DNA of 64,000 bases, from NCBI GenBank assembly GCA_964611335.1, contig CAZSXR010000002.1, forward strand, positions 134,354-198,353, in the 5' to 3' direction. Below are positions 29,326-39,064 of the stretch, one piece after another; the stretch's first letter is position 1, and every line of letters begins with the position of its first letter. The DNA is from an uncultured Pseudobdellovibrionaceae bacterium (lineage in GTDB: Bacteria > Bdellovibrionota_B > Oligoflexia > Oligoflexales > Bog-1112). Made by a program: the position numbers and the translations under genes. The notes below the pieces were generated by a model. The model was not told where the DNA came from. It did no database searches and saw only the letters and a program-made list of their open reading frames with translations.

Positions 29326-32300
29326 ATGAGAACTGCAATAGAAAATTTGGGATCGGTAGAAGGCTCTGCATCGCAAACGCCGTCATTATATACCTCTGCT
29401 GAAGAACGGATTCCAGACCTCAGGGAACCCAACGCTCCTGACGAAGAAGAATTGGAAGAATCTTCCAAGGGTTTTTTATCCGTTCATCGTCGAGACTTCA
29501 TGAGAATCTTCGGACTAACAGCTGCCGCTGGAGCCGCAAGTTCCTGCGTTCGCAGACCTGTAGAAAAAGCAGTTCCTTATGTAAACCAACCTGTAGATCA
29601 GGCACCAGGTATTGCTGTTCATTATGCATCAACCTGTAGCGCATGCCCTTCTGCTTGCGGAACTCTGGTGAAAACCCGAGAAGGAAGGCCTACTAAAATC
29701 GAAGGAAATGCAGAACACCCTGTGAATCAAGGGGGTTTATGCGCTGCTGGCCAAGCTGAAATTCAGGGACTTTATCATCCTGAACGATTCGAAGTACCAC
29801 AGGTTCGTGTATCAGGAAATTGGCAGAATGCGACATGGGAAAGCATGATGCCTCAGATTGTTGAAAAAGTGCGTGCTGCTAAAAAAGTGGGTATTTTTAC
29901 CCGCGGAGCAACAGGAAATCGTCATAAGTTTTTCGAAGACGTTTTGACGAGATTGGGTTCCAGCAATAACGAGCTGTATACTTGGGAAAGTAATTCTCTT
30001 TTCTCAACAATGTCTGAAGCACACAAATTAGCATTTGGTATTGGCGATCTACCACGAATTGAATTTAGCAAAGCACGTTATATATTGAGCATTGGAAGTG
30101 ATTTCCAAGTTACAGGTCTTTCTCCAGTCTTTTACTCTAAAGGTTTTTCAGAAGGAAGATCTGTTCGTTCAGGAAAGCGGTCAAAATTTGTTGCATTTGA
30201 AAGTCATCTTTCTATTACAGGTGCCAATGCAGACGTACGTCACGTCATTCCACCTACTTATGAAACGATTGTTGCACTCTTATTAGTCAAAGCACTTTAT
30301 GAAAACTCGACTTCAAAAGGAAGCGCACATGAACGCGCGGAAATTCACAAAGTTTTAAAGAACAAAGAATCTATTCTTGAAAATGCCTATAAAGATGTGG
30401 GTATTGCTCGCGATGTATTCGATGAAATTGCCAAAGAACTGATTGAACAAAGTTCTGTTGTAGTTAGCGGAAGCGGTGCAAGTTTTGATGAAAATGCAAC
30501 ACTCCTACAGATTGCAACCATTATGGCGAATACTTTGTGTGGTGCTTATGGGAACACACTTATATTCCACGAAGGATGGGCGAGATCACCGGTTCGTAAC
30601 GGAGATCTCGAACGATTTATGAAGGAGGGTTCACAGTTAGATGTGCTCTTCATCATAGATGCGGATCCTGTTTTTACAGTACCAGAAAGTTGGCAAATCG
30701 GAGATGTACTCTCTAAAATACCAACTGTTGTTTCCATGCAATATTTTCCAACGGAAAGTGATCGTTACGCACAATTTATAGTTCCAGTTCATCATAGTTT
30801 AGAATCTTGGGGAGATGAGAGTTCTATTGCAGGATTCTGGTCTATGCGACAACCCGTTGTGCGCCCTATCAAAGCAACTAGCCAAGCAGAAGATACCTTG
30901 CTTTGGATTCTTGCAAGCGTTGACAAACATTTGCCGTACAAAGACTACCGCTCCTATTTGAAAAAACAATGGGAAGCTGTGTATAGGTTGATGGCACCTT
31001 CTGTAACTTACGAAACTTTTTTCAAAGCTGTCATTCGCAGAGGATTTATTGGAAAACTGGAAGTGCGTTCTCCTGTTTTCGTACAAAGTGTTGTTCAACA
31101 TTTCCAATTTTTAAAAGCTCCTGTTTCCGACGGATTTGTTTTAGCAAGCACACTCGATCACCGACTTCTCGATGGACGAAGTGCGCACTTACCTGTTCTA
31201 CAAGAAATTGGAGATTCTCTAACGAGTGTTGCGTGGGATACATGGGTTGCTATGAACCCTCATACAATGAAAGAGAAAGGTCTTCATCGCAACAGTCTAG
31301 TGAAGATATCCGCAGCAGGTCAGAGTATAGAAGTCGCTGCTTATCCTCTTCCAGGATTGCATCCGAGGGCTGTGGTTATCCCGAGAGGGAATGGTCACGA
31401 AGATAATCGTAGTCGCATAAGTTACAAAAACGGAGTGAATCCTCTTAAAGTTTTTGCAAAAGCGATGGACCCTCTTTCACGTCAACCTGTCACAAGTGGA
31501 GTGACCGTTGAAATTTTAGACATGAAAAAGTTTTATCGTTTAGCTGCGATGCAGAAAGCTATAGATCTCGATGGTCGCACAGATATTGTGAAGACCATCT
31601 CTTTAGAAGATGCTTTGAAAAAGAAAAATCTTCAAAAAAGTTTGGATGAAGCTCCTGATCTATTCCCGAAATTAGAAGACAATGCACACCGTTGGGGACT
31701 TTCCATAGATTTGGATCGTTGCAATGGGTGCGGCGCGTGTATGGCTGCGTGTGCAGTTGAGAACAATGTTCCTCAAGCGGGAAGAGAACAGGTTCTTATG
31801 CACAGAGAAATGCATTGGATTCGATTGGATCGTTATTTCGAAGGAAATTTAGACAATCCTAAAGTGAGTATACAACCTGTCATGTGTCAGCATTGCAACA
31901 ATGCACCGTGTGAGGGTGTCTGTCCTGTTTTTGCGACGACGCATGATGCGGAAGGCATGAATTCGATGACCTACAATCGATGTGTAGGAACTCGTTATTG
32001 CGCGAACGCATGTCCATACAAAGTACGACGCTTCAACTGGTGGACTCACAAGTGGGGGGAAATCGGAGAACGTTTACAAGATAGAAACCCACGTCCTACG
32101 AATCCTGATGTCACCGTTCGTACACGTGGTGTGATGGAGAAATGTTCTCTTTGTGTGCAGCGTATTCGAGATGTGAAGCACAGAGCTAAAGAATTGAATA
32201 GACCTGTTCTCGATGGAGAATTTGTAACGGCCTGTGCTCAAACCTGTCCAAGCAATGCGATTGTTTCTGGAAATTTAAAAGATGCAGCAAGTCAGGTTTC

Positions 32301-32451
32301 AAGACTTCGTCAAGAAGGACGAGCGTATCTCATGTTGGGAGGGGCTCCAGAACATGATCATTTTGGACTCAGAACTCTTCCCAATGTTAGTTATTTGGCA
32401 GAAGTTTCTTTGGATGCAAAAGAGACATCGAAATCAGCTCACGAAAGTTGA
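29326..32451 (+). CDS. actB: alternative complex III subunit ActB (molybdopterin-oxidoreductase-like plus 4Fe-4S ferredoxin-like fusion)
   Basis: Twin-arginine motif HRRDFMRIFGL. The N-terminal half resembles the complex iron-sulfur molybdoenzyme family. The C-terminal half carries cysteine clusters (CNGCGACMAAC, CQHCNNAPC, CVGTRYCANACP, CSLCVQR). Confidence 0.9.
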   Translation: MRTAIENLGSVEGSASQTPSLYTSAEERIPDLREPNAPDEEELEESSKGFLSVHRRDFMRIFGLTAAAGAASSCVRRPVEKAVPYVNQPVDQAPGIAVHYASTCSACPSACGTLVKTREGRPTKIEGNAEHPVNQGGLCAAGQAEIQGLYHPERFEVPQVRVSGNWQNATWESMMPQIVEKVRAAKKVGIFTRGATGNRHKFFEDVLTRLGSSNNELYTWESNSLFSTMSEAHKLAFGIGDLPRIEFSKARYILSIGSDFQVTGLSPVFYSKGFSEGRSVRSGKRSKFVAFESHLSITGANADVRHVIPPTYETIVALLLVKALYENSTSKGSAHERAEIHKVLKNKESILENAYKDVGIARDVFDEIAKELIEQSSVVVSGSGASFDENATLLQIATIMANTLCGAYGNTLIFHEGWARSPVRNGDLERFMKEGSQLDVLFIIDADPVFTVPESWQIGDVLSKIPTVVSMQYFPTESDRYAQFIVPVHHSLESWGDESSIAGFWSMRQPVVRPIKATSQAEDTLLWILASVDKHLPYKDYRSYLKKQWEAVYRLMAPSVTYETFFKAVIRRGFIGKLEVRSPVFVQSVVQHFQFLKAPVSDGFVLASTLDHRLLDGRSAHLPVLQEIGDSLTSVAWDTWVAMNPHTMKEKGLHRNSLVKISAAGQSIEVAAYPLPGLHPRAVVIPRGNGHEDNRSRISYKNGVNPLKVFAKAMDPLSRQPVTSGVTVEILDMKKFYRLAAMQKAIDLDGRTDIVKTISLEDALKKKNLQKSLDEAPDLFPKLEDNAHRWGLSIDLDRCNGCGACMAACAVENNVPQAGREQVLMHREMHWIRLDRYFEGNLDNPKVSIQPVMCQHCNNAPCEGVCPVFATTHDAEGMNSMTYNRCVGTRYCANACPYKVRRFNWWTHKWGEIGERLQDRNPRPTNPDVTVRTRGVMEKCSLCVQRIRDVKHRAKELNRPVLDGEFVTACAQTCPSNAIVSGNLKDAASQVSRLRQEGRAYLMLGGAPEHDHFGLRTLPNVSYLAEVSLDAKETSKSAHES

Positions 32452-32511
32452 TCGAGGGATTCTTAGCTTGTTTTTAAAGATAATGAACACAGACGTGAAG
32501 TGGGGCGTGAG

Positions 32512-33885
32512 ATGAGTGAAGAAATCGAATGGAAGCGAACGGTGTCGGAAGTCAACGACGGGATTCTGATCGGTATCGATAAACCTGCTCGTTCGTACTA
32601 TGTCGCCCTCACCTTAGCGCTCATTTGTACTGCGATTGGAGCTTACTCTTGGATTAAGCTGATCAATGAAGGTGTGGGGATATGGGGTTTGAACAGTCCT
32701 GTTTATTGGGCTGTGGATATTACAAACTTCGTATTCTGGGTCGGTATAGGTCATGCGGGAACTTTGATTTCTGCAATCTTATTTTTGTTTCGCGCAAAAT
32801 GGCGGAATAGCATTAACCGCAGCGCAGAAGCGATGACAGTTTTTGCTGTGATTACAGCAGGACTGTTTCCCATGATTCACATGGGACGTTTTTGGGTAGG
32901 TTTTTATTGGATGCTACCTCTTCCCAATTCAAACAACCTTTGGTTGAACTTTCGCTCACCATTGATTTGGGACGTCTTTGCAATTTCAACGTATTTAACA
33001 GTGTCTCTTCTCTTTTGGTACATGGGTTTGGTTCCCGATCTTGCTTCAATTAGAGACCGCGTTAAAGGCTTTAGACGACTTGTTTATGGGTTGATGTCTT
33101 TCGGTTGGACAGGAACAGCGAGACAGTGGCATCACTATGAAACGGGTTATGGATTTTTAGCTGCTCTCGCAACACCCCTTGTTCTTTCTGTTCACTCCAT
33201 CGTTTCTTGGGACTTTGCGATGTCAATGCAACCAGGATGGCATACAACTATTTTTCCTCCTTACTTCGTCGCAGGCGCAATTTTATCGGGTTGTGCGATG
33301 GTTTACACCTTGGTGGTTCCTCTTCGTAAAATGTTTCAGTTGGAAGAGTTTATTCGTAAAGAACATCTGGAAGCTTTGATCAAGTTGACTTTGCTGACCT
33401 CTACCATCGTGTTTTATGCCTACGGAGTTGAGTTTTTCGTAGCATGGTTAAGTGGCAATGAATACGAGTGGGCTATATTTAGAAAAAGAGCAACAGGGCC
33501 TTATGCCTTTTATTTTTGGGTGATGGTTTCTTGCAACTGTTTTTTCCCTCTCGTGTTTTGGTCCAAAAGGGTGCGTAACAACATCACACTTTCCTTCATA
33601 GTCTGTGTGCTTGTGAATGTGGGTATGTGGTTTGAACGTTACAACATTATCGTTTCCAGTCTTGTGGAAGATTTTGTTCCAGGATCTTGGGCGCACTACG
33701 AACCCACCATTTGGGAAATAGCGGTGACACTTGGAAGTTTTGGATGGTTCTTCACTTGGATGTTGATCTTCTCAAGATTCTTCCCACTTGTTTCGATTTC
33801 AGAATTGAAACTGATTATGCCTAAACCTCTCCGCAAAAAGGCACATGCGACAATGATACAAGAAGGAGAAGCACATGGTTCATAA
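32512..33885 (+). CDS. actC: alternative complex III subunit ActC (NrfD/PsrC-like quinol-binding membrane subunit)
   Basis: Polytopic membrane protein of NrfD-like size and pattern, placed immediately after actB. Confidence 0.85.
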   Translation: MSEEIEWKRTVSEVNDGILIGIDKPARSYYVALTLALICTAIGAYSWIKLINEGVGIWGLNSPVYWAVDITNFVFWVGIGHAGTLISAILFLFRAKWRNSINRSAEAMTVFAVITAGLFPMIHMGRFWVGFYWMLPLPNSNNLWLNFRSPLIWDVFAISTYLTVSLLFWYMGLVPDLASIRDRVKGFRRLVYGLMSFGWTGTARQWHHYETGYGFLAALATPLVLSVHSIVSWDFAMSMQPGWHTTIFPPYFVAGAILSGCAMVYTLVVPLRKMFQLEEFIRKEHLEALIKLTLLTSTIVFYAYGVEFFVAWLSGNEYEWAIFRKRATGPYAFYFWVMVSCNCFFPLVFWSKRVRNNITLSFIVCVLVNVGMWFERYNIIVSSLVEDFVPGSWAHYEPTIWEIAVTLGSFGWFFTWMLIFSRFFPLVSISELKLIMPKPLRKKAHATMIQEGEAHGS

Positions 33886-34402
33886 AACTGAAAAACCAGG
33901 TGTCATGGCAATCTTCCAGTACTTCGATCAGTTCACAGAAGTTTTGGAAAAAATTCAGACCGAGAAAAAATTTGCGGGCCATGAAATCTACTCGCCTGTG
34001 TCCTATCACGAGTTGATGGATCATGCTGAGAAACTCTACGGACCCAGTGAGGTACGTTGGTTTACCTTAGTCGGAGCGCTTACAGGTATAGCCTCAGGAT
34101 TCGCACTTCCTTTGGGAATGGATTGGGATTGGCCTATTGTTGTAGGTGGAAAAACCGCAGGGATATATTCTATGCCTGCTTATTTTATTTTTGTGTTTGA
34201 GTTGATGGTTCTCTTCGGTGCTATAGCAACGATTATGGGCATGCTTGTTTTAGGACGCATTCCTAACCCTGAAGCAAAGATTCGTGACAAACGTTTAAGT
34301 GATGATCGCTTTGGGATTTTTGTTCCAGGTGTTTCTGTGGATAGTGAGCAGGCACAGATGTTGAAGCAGTGGGGAGCGGAAGACGTTTACGCTTCTACTT
34401 AA
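33875..34402 (+). CDS. actD: alternative complex III subunit ActD (DUF3341-like)
   Basis: 175 aa with a soluble N-terminal domain plus 2 TM segments. It overlaps actC by 11 nt and sits in the conserved position. Confidence 0.8.
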   Translation: MVHKTEKPGVMAIFQYFDQFTEVLEKIQTEKKFAGHEIYSPVSYHELMDHAEKLYGPSEVRWFTLVGALTGIASGFALPLGMDWDWPIVVGGKTAGIYSMPAYFIFVFELMVLFGAIATIMGMLVLGRIPNPEAKIRDKRLSDDRFGIFVPGVSVDSEQAQMLKQWGAEDVYAST

Positions 34403-34440
34403 CTCGCACCGAATATTTGAATGAAGACATATTGAGGATC

Positions 34441-35010
34441 ATGATGCGGAGCACATTCAAAAACATAATCCTAGCAGGAATGCTTCTTGGGACACTCAGT
34501 TCATGCACAGAGGATCCTAACGAAACAAAGATGCAGTATTTCCCGGACATGGCGGATTCTCCTGCAATAAAAACACAGGGGAATTACATAGATCCACCTG
34601 AAGGTTCTATAGCACGCACTGCTATTCTCTATCCTGATACTCCTGATGAAGCTGAAAAAATATTTTTCAATCCTCTTAAAGGACAAGCGAATGAAGCCAT
34701 GCATAAGGAAAACGGAAAACGTCTTTTCTTAATATATTGTGAGGTATGTCACGGTATTGATGCAAAAGGTGATAAAGGTCGTATTCAAGATAAATACCCT
34801 AGACCCGTTGATTTGACTCTCGACATGTATAAAAAACGAGGAGATGGATTTTTCTTCCATCGTATTACACACGGTTCTGCTGTGATGCCAAAATATGGAC
34901 ATTCAACGACACCGGATGAGCGATGGGAAATCATCATGCACTTACGTGATTTGCAAAATCAAGTTCCTGCTCCTTCATCTGAACCTTCTATAAACGGTGA
35001 AAAAAAATGA
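34441..35010 (+). CDS. actE: alternative complex III subunit ActE (monoheme cytochrome c lipoprotein)
   Basis: Lipobox LGTLSSC, a single CEVCHG heme site and a distal Met region (SAVMPKYG). Confidence 0.85.
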   Translation: MMRSTFKNIILAGMLLGTLSSCTEDPNETKMQYFPDMADSPAIKTQGNYIDPPEGSIARTAILYPDTPDEAEKIFFNPLKGQANEAMHKENGKRLFLIYCEVCHGIDAKGDKGRIQDKYPRPVDLTLDMYKKRGDGFFFHRITHGSAVMPKYGHSTTPDERWEIIMHLRDLQNQVPAPSSEPSINGEKK

Positions 35011-36254
35011 AAATAAAAGAGCTCTATCAACAACGAGATCATTTTTTTCTTGAAATTTCTCCCACCACACGTGGGGGACTTATCTTTCTCATCGCTCTTG
35101 GTTTTGCAACATTTGTTTGTGGGATGGTATGCGGTGAGCACACGCGGACCTGGGGTTCTTTGATTTTCAATGGAATGTTTTTCTTCTCCCTCGCCTTAGG
35201 TGGTGTTGCGCTATCCAATATGCAAGACGTAATAGGAGCAACCTGGGGACGTCCTATACGTCGTATCCATGAAAACTTCTCCTCGTTTTTACCTATTTCT
35301 GTAGTTCTTTTTCTAGCTTTGTTTGTGTGTATCAAATGGGACCTTCTGCAAGCTGGAAAAATATATAAATGGATTGCAGATCCTTCTATAGTTGAACATC
35401 TCTTTGGAAAAAATGTTTGGCTGCAACCAAATTTTATGATGATTCGTGATACACTTGCTTTGCTTCTGATTCTGTTTTTTTCAAGATGGCATTACAAGTT
35501 GACAACGGCAGCTGACAAAGCGTTTTTATCCAATCAATATGAAAAAGGTGTACACCTTGGTGAACATGCACGCAAAACACTGAGAAAGTGGTCTGCACCT
35601 GTGCTGATTCTCTATTCAGTTTTGTATTCGATTCTTGCTTTTGATTTGATGATGTCTCTTGCTCCAACATGGGTTTCCACTTTGTGGGCAGGATGGCAGT
35701 TCTCTGTGATGATGCAAACTCTTTTTGCAACGATTTTACTTCTACTCTTCTATTTGAAAAAAACTCCCGTCGGGCATTTCATAGGTCGCCAGCAGTTTCA
35801 CGATATTGGAAAATTGCTCTTTGGTTTTACAGCATTCTATGCCTATTTAACTTATGCTCACGTGCTTACTTACTGGTATACAAATATGCCTGAAGAAACA
35901 TCGTATTTTATCACAAGACTTCAGGGTCCATGGTTAGGATATATCATTGCTGCTCCTTTCATAAGTTTCTTGGTTCCTTTCGTTCTGATGGTTCCCAAAG
36001 CTGCAAAATGGACAAGTTATATTGCCATTCCAGTTTGCATTCTAGTTTTGGGTTCTCAGTGGTTGAACATGATGTTGGTTGTGATCCCTGAAACAGCAGA
36101 TGCCGCACACTGGCATTTTCCTTGGATTGAATTAGGACTCATGCTTGGTTTCACGGGGGCTTTTGCACTTAGCTTTTTGAGACGTGCAAAAAAACTGCCT
36201 CTCTTGAGTCTTGGTGATCCTCTTCTCTATCAGTCTTTGTCTGGAAAGCACTAA
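35007..36254 (+). CDS. actF: alternative complex III subunit ActF (second NrfD-like membrane subunit)
   Basis: 415-aa polytopic protein that overlaps the actE stop by 4 nt. Confidence 0.8.
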   Translation: MKIKELYQQRDHFFLEISPTTRGGLIFLIALGFATFVCGMVCGEHTRTWGSLIFNGMFFFSLALGGVALSNMQDVIGATWGRPIRRIHENFSSFLPISVVLFLALFVCIKWDLLQAGKIYKWIADPSIVEHLFGKNVWLQPNFMMIRDTLALLLILFFSRWHYKLTTAADKAFLSNQYEKGVHLGEHARKTLRKWSAPVLILYSVLYSILAFDLMMSLAPTWVSTLWAGWQFSVMMQTLFATILLLLFYLKKTPVGHFIGRQQFHDIGKLLFGFTAFYAYLTYAHVLTYWYTNMPEETSYFITRLQGPWLGYIIAAPFISFLVPFVLMVPKAAKWTSYIAIPVCILVLGSQWLNMMLVVIPETADAAHWHFPWIELGLMLGFTGAFALSFLRRAKKLPLLSLGDPLLYQSLSGKH

Positions 36255-36256
36255 AA

Positions 36257-36964
36257 TCAAGGATACCCAGCACAACCATTCACACCCTGATCTTCACATT
36301 CCGGCACTTCAATATCGTAAGCTTTTAAAAGATCTTTAACTTGCCCATAGTGTTGTGGTCTGGTTTTGTAATGTCCAGACCCATCTGTCATACAAATTAA
36401 TTTTCCATTCTTGATTACGAAATAACCTGCAGATAGAATTCTTTTCCCACGCGTTAATGCACTGTGACTCCATCTAAGCGATTTTTCACCTAAATTGTTA
36501 AATTTCTTGAGATAGAGACAACCATTTTTTTTAAGGACCATCTTGCCACAAATTGACTTTATAAGCTGCCCCTGCGCATCAAAGAAACTTTGATCTTTTA
36601 TGGTCACTATATATTGTCTTGCATCTTCCTCCGAGAGATAGGACTTTGGGTCTTCTGTCCAGTATTCTTCTTTTTTAAATCTAAGATAAACTGGTTTTCT
36701 TTTGTAATTTGTAGGCCAACAATTTATATCGCTCAAAGCTTCTTCATACCCAACATAACGAGACTCCAATAGAGATGCAAAGGAATTATATTCTTCGGAT
36801 CTCACCCAGTTAAGAAGCACAGTCGTCTGAGGCACTTTAAATTGAGAATATATTTCAATAAGGGATTGAAATACTCCTTGAATACAATCCTCGTTACAGG
36901 ACAAAGCAGGACTTTCTATAAACTTAGGAACAATGATATAATCCACTCCACTTAAATTAAGCAT
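36257..36964 (-). CDS. hypothetical cytoplasmic or effector-like protein (235 aa)
   Basis: Long ORF without a signal peptide. It overlaps the upstream secreted-protein gene by 8 nt. C-terminal motif WSHSALTRGKRILSAGYF...DGSGHYKTRP. No family recognised. Confidence 0.5.
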   Translation of the reverse strand: MLNLSGVDYIIVPKFIESPALSCNEDCIQGVFQSLIEIYSQFKVPQTTVLLNWVRSEEYNSFASLLESRYVGYEEALSDINCWPTNYKRKPVYLRFKKEEYWTEDPKSYLSEEDARQYIVTIKDQSFFDAQGQLIKSICGKMVLKKNGCLYLKKFNNLGEKSLRWSHSALTRGKRILSAGYFVIKNGKLICMTDGSGHYKTRPQHYGQVKDLLKAYDIEVPECEDQGVNGCAGYP

Positions 36965-37475
36965 AAATTTCTTCTAAATTTTTGGATAAAAATTTTGATC
37001 TGTCTAAATATCCACCCGCTTCTGAGAATTTTAATACGAGTATTTTTATATGCGTTGAGTCTTCTTTCAGTTCGAACTCACTTCCTAACTGAGTTTTTCT
37101 TTTAGGTTTTTTAAAATCCACACCTCGCTTGGCATAGGAAATAAAAAACTTTTCAATACCCTCTGTTTTGGGTTCAAATAGAAGAACTAAAAAATTTTTT
37201 CCTTTCAAACCGACCGTCGCTTCTTCCCAAGTGTAGTTTTTAAAATTATCGAAAGGATTTATATTCCGAAAGACAAAACTCTCCTCAGTGGTATTTTGTT
37301 GAAATTTTTCAATTTCAACTTGTGGTACCTTTTCAATCATGGATTGAAGGCTCATGTCTTCTCGGTTTTCTAGTTCTTCAACGAGATCTCTAGACTGGAC
37401 TTTATTCTTTGAATGTTGACAAAATACTGACGAAAAAATCATAAAAACAAATAGAATGCACTTCTTCAAATCCAA
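36957..37475 (-). CDS. small secreted protein, unknown function
   Basis: TTG start and a signal-like N-terminus (LKKCILFVFMIFSSVFC). Confidence 0.45.
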   Translation of the reverse strand: MDLKKCILFVFMIFSSVFCQHSKNKVQSRDLVEELENREDMSLQSMIEKVPQVEIEKFQQNTTEESFVFRNINPFDNFKNYTWEEATVGLKGKNFLVLLFEPKTEGIEKFFISYAKRGVDFKKPKRKTQLGSEFELKEDSTHIKILVLKFSEAGGYLDRSKFLSKNLEEIYA

Positions 37476-37549
37476 AGCAGCTCCCTATGTTTTAATTGAA
37501 TGAATGTCTTATGAATAAGTCTAGCAAAGGAGAATGAATTTGTTAAAAA

Positions 37550-38929
37550 CTATTTCTGAACATCCCACAAAACAGCACCAACGTTACCTGTATAAGGTCT
37601 CGAACTCGATGGAGTGATATCGGGACCATCAGGATTGTAAGTGAAATAAGTATCATGCATATAAACTGTCAATATTTTTCCGTTTGGTAATTGAACGGAG
37701 TGAGGAGAGTGCATCGCTGTATTATTTTGTCTTGTAATGATGTATCGATGATTCCAGTCCCATGTATTCCCATTGTCATGACTCACAACGGCTTCAACAC
37801 CATGAAAAACTTGACCATCCAGCTGTCCCACACGGACACCATAGGTCATCAAAATATCTCCATTGTGTAGCAAGAGCAGACTAGAATGCATTCTTCCGTA
37901 AAGAAAATGTTGAACAGGTAATGACCATGTTTTTCCATTATCTTTCGAAACTGTTGTTGCAAGACCCATAAAATGATCACTTGGAATAGGAGTCCCCACA
38001 AGTTGGGTTCGAAAGGCTGCTACAAGATTATGATTTCTTGCACGTATAATAGAGCCCTCATTGAGTCCCCATGCTCTATTTAAAAGAACAGGTTCTTCCC
38101 ATTTTTTCGTATCTCTATGAAAAGTAAGGATACCCCCTTGAGTGAATAAATGCTCCTCAAATTTTGAAGGAGGGGTATCGAGTAAAAACCAACATGCTAA
38201 CTTAATGGTATCTTTTTCAATAAGGTGACTATAGGCAACATCGGTATTACAAGTTTTACTTCCCCATCGTGGAAGCGCAGTTTCCGAATGCCAATCAGGA
38301 ATTCCATGAGGCCAAGGCCATGATGACAAAATAAAATGAGAATTAGGAAGAAGAACAAACAACTGATTCCCTGCATTCATGGGAGTTCCTCTATACCAAC
38401 TCGTCCGTAACGGCTTCGTCCACTTCAATCCATCTTTAGAAGTTAAAATATATCCTACTCTTGTATTTTCTTTCTCATCCATAGCAGAAATTGTGAGTAC
38501 AATAGTCCCATCATCCATAATCGTTAAACTTGGGAACTTAGGATTGTTCAACAAGAAACTATAACCGAGATCTTCAAAGTAACGTTTATGATGCCCTTCG
38601 ATTTGAGTTACAACGACATGCGAAATAGGAGTCGTTAAACGATCACGTAAATAAAATGCATAATCATTCTGTTGGTCAAGTTTAAGGATAGTCTTATAAT
38701 CTAAACGGTCAATTTTCGCAGAGATTGGATCTAGATTTTTATTTACTGGAGAATGCCCAGGAGGAAGGTGACCTCTTGTATGAATCTCAACATCAAAGGA
38801 CGCTTTCACTTCTTGCTTCGATGAAATGTTTTCTTTCACCATATCCTCGTCCCGTCGAGATGTAGATTTACATTCCGATAAAAAAAATAGGGTAAGCAGC
38901 AGCAGAATTTTATTCTTATAAGAACCCAT
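37550..38929 (-). CDS. BNR/Asp-box repeat glycosidase (sialidase-like), secreted or lipoprotein
   Basis: Three Asp-boxes: TSKDGLKWT, VSKDNGKTWS and VSHDNGNTWD. N-terminal LLLLTLFFLSEC. Confidence 0.75.
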   Translation of the reverse strand: MGSYKNKILLLLTLFFLSECKSTSRRDEDMVKENISSKQEVKASFDVEIHTRGHLPPGHSPVNKNLDPISAKIDRLDYKTILKLDQQNDYAFYLRDRLTTPISHVVVTQIEGHHKRYFEDLGYSFLLNNPKFPSLTIMDDGTIVLTISAMDEKENTRVGYILTSKDGLKWTKPLRTSWYRGTPMNAGNQLFVLLPNSHFILSSWPWPHGIPDWHSETALPRWGSKTCNTDVAYSHLIEKDTIKLACWFLLDTPPSKFEEHLFTQGGILTFHRDTKKWEEPVLLNRAWGLNEGSIIRARNHNLVAAFRTQLVGTPIPSDHFMGLATTVSKDNGKTWSLPVQHFLYGRMHSSLLLLHNGDILMTYGVRVGQLDGQVFHGVEAVVSHDNGNTWDWNHRYIITRQNNTAMHSPHSVQLPNGKILTVYMHDTYFTYNPDGPDITPSSSRPYTGNVGAVLWDVQK

Positions 38930-39064
38930 AACTCCACTTCCTTATTTGTTAAACAAAACAAGAAGCACCATGACCGACCGAGCCTTCTATCGGAAAGCGC
39001 ACCCCAGTTATTGAAATGGAGCTATAATATGTTGTAGATATTGGATTATATGGGTCTTGCAGGA

